A stretch of DNA of 27,959 nucleotides from a virus. Its lineage: Duplodnaviria > Caudoviricetes. Location: positions 1 to 27,959 of IMG/VR virus record IMGVR_UViG_3300047387_000055; one strand, given 5' to 3'. A program made the translations under genes and the position numbers. Under the pieces are notes generated by a model. That model did no database searches, was not told the DNA's origin, and saw nothing but the letters and a program-made list of their open reading frames with translations. Shown here piece after piece: positions 26,575 through 27,959 of the stretch. How positions within the stretch are numbered: the stretch's first letter is position 1; every line of letters begins with the position of its first letter.

Positions 26575-27959
26575 ATGGCGGTACAAACAACTGAAGAATT
26601 TAAAAATGGCGGAGCCACCTCTTACGCCATCACAATTGAATATTTAAAAGCAAGTGATATCAAAGTAAGAATTGATGGAACTTTACAAACTTATGTAGCC
26701 AGCAGTCCCGGCTCTGGTCAATACACCGTAAGCGGAACAACAGTTACTCTCGGAGCACAAGCTGCTTCAGGAACTGGAAATGTACATATATATAGAGAAA
26801 CAGATGTAGATACCGCAGCAGCCGTGTTTGTTGCTGGATCATCTATTAAAGCAGCAGATCTAAACGCTATCCATGATATGGCTAGGCTTGGTCTTAGCGA
26901 AGCACGTTCAACAACTATTGAATCTGACATCAAAGATGGAGCAATAACATCTGCAAAAATTAAAGATGGCACGATTGTGAATGCTGATGTAAATGCTTCG
27001 GCAGCAATTGATGGTTCAAAAATACAGGCATCTAGTGGTTCTAATTCTGGAACTATGTCCTCTGCTAATTTTACAAAGTTAGCAGGAATAGAAACTGGAG
27101 CAACAGCAGACCAGACAGCAGCAGAAATAAAAACACTTGTTGGTAATGCAACAGATAGTAATGTTTTTACAGATGCAGATCACAGCAAGTTAGATGGTAT
27201 AGAAGCTGGTGCTACAGCAGATCAGACTAATGCAGAGATAAGAGCAGCAGTAGAAGCCGCAACAGATTCTAATGTATTTACAGACGCAGATCATACAAAA
27301 CTAAATAATATAGAAACTGGTGCTACAGCAGACCAGACTGGTGCAGAAATAAAATCTGCATACGAAGGCGAGTCTAATACCAACGCTTTTACAGATGCTG
27401 AAAAAACAAAACTTGGTAACTTAGGTTCTTTAAACGCTTTATCAGATGTAAATACTTCTGGTGTAGCTGACGGCAAAATACTTAAATATGATGCTTCTTC
27501 ATCTGCATTTATTATTGCTGATGACGGTGGTAGTGGTTCCGGAGGTAGTTCTACATTTACAGGATTATCTGACACACCAGCTAACTATGGTAGTGCTGCA
27601 AACAAAACACTTAAGGTAAACTCTTCTGGTAATGCGATTGAGTTTGTTGATGTATCTACAGATATAGTAAGTGACACTACACCACAACTTGGTGGTAGTC
27701 TAGATGTACAGGGATTTTCCATTACTACAGGTAATATAAACGGAGATATTAATTTAACTCCTAATGGTACAGGTGTTGTTGAGATTAGAGGTAATACTGC
27801 AAATAACAGTGCAAATGTAGGTACTCTACAATTTAACTGTCAAAACAATAGTCATGGTGTAAAAATTCAATCACCACCTCATAGTGCTGGAGCAAGTTAC
27901 ACATTAACTCTTCCAAATACTGCGGGTAATAACGGACAGTTTTTAAAAACAAATGGTAG
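26575..27959 (+). CDS. Tail fibre protein (T7 gp17-like), 3'-truncated by window edge
   Basis: AGGTGG RBS, then MAVQTTEEFKNGGATSYAITIEYLKASDIKV...IYRETD...F.AGSSIKAADLN (T7 fibre anchor domain). Later DTTPQLGGSLDV and YTLTLP...GQFLKTNG fibre motifs. Open to the end of the window; missing from the ORF track. Confidence 0.93.
   Translation, partial: MAVQTTEEFKNGGATSYAITIEYLKASDIKVRIDGTLQTYVASSPGSGQYTVSGTTVTLGAQAASGTGNVHIYRETDVDTAAAVFVAGSSIKAADLNAIHDMARLGLSEARSTTIESDIKDGAITSAKIKDGTIVNADVNASAAIDGSKIQASSGSNSGTMSSANFTKLAGIETGATADQTAAEIKTLVGNATDSNVFTDADHSKLDGIEAGATADQTNAEIRAAVEAATDSNVFTDADHTKLNNIETGATADQTGAEIKSAYEGESNTNAFTDAEKTKLGNLGSLNALSDVNTSGVADGKILKYDASSSAFIIADDGGSGSGGSSTFTGLSDTPANYGSAANKTLKVNSSGNAIEFVDVSTDIVSDTTPQLGGSLDVQGFSITTGNINGDINLTPNGTGVVEIRGNTANNSANVGTLQFNCQNNSHGVKIQSPPHSAGASYTLTLPNTAGNNGQFLKTNG
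27076..27408 (+). repeat. Three tandem 111-bp (37-aa) repeats in the tail fibre
   Basis: Units start at 27076, 27187 and 27298, each of the form KLxxIExGATADQTxAEI...(D/N)(S/T)NxFTDA(D/E)xx. Confidence 0.92.

Noticed and set aside
2674-26575. Repeated phage RNAP promoter consensus
   Set aside because: I could not identify by eye a recurring ~20-bp motif upstream of genes; a motif search such as MEME would be needed.
27076-27408. CRISPR-like array or diversity-generating retroelement repeats
   Set aside because: The repeats are in frame and conserved at protein level, with no spacers, no reverse transcriptase and no adenine-specific variation.
778-27575. Minus-strand ORFs in the track (e.g. 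9679-10134, 23252-23614, 25253-25648)
   Set aside because: They are antisense shadows of well-supported + strand genes; T7-like genomes are transcribed from one strand.

Overview
This AT-rich window is the core of a T7-like (Autographiviridae) marine cyanopodovirus genome with P-SSP7-like organisation; the host is probably Prochlorococcus or a related picocyanobacterium (inference). All genuine genes are on the + strand. In order: the 3' end of a tyrosine integrase, an attP-like 5' half of tRNA-Leu(UAA), single-subunit RNA polymerase, SSB, endonuclease I, primase/helicase, a DNA polymerase split into overlapping exonuclease and polymerase ORFs, exonuclease, an nblA-like gene, DUF3310, a minimal two-subunit ribonucleotide reductase, portal, scaffold, hli, psbA, major capsid, tail tubes A/B, internal virion proteins and the start of a repeat-containing tail fibre. 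The most interesting stretch is the ~460 bp between psbA and the capsid gene. It holds two overlapping micro-ORFs, a glutamine-II (Downstream-peptide) riboswitch in front of a 17-aa YRGVAY peptide, a tRNA-like acceptor/T-arm element and a pseudoknotted capsid leader. Also notable are the -1 frame break in the DNA polymerase with a 3' hairpin and the promoter/att/terminator architecture around the tRNA fragment. All calls rest on motif recognition and manual base-pairing; no searches or folding programs were run.
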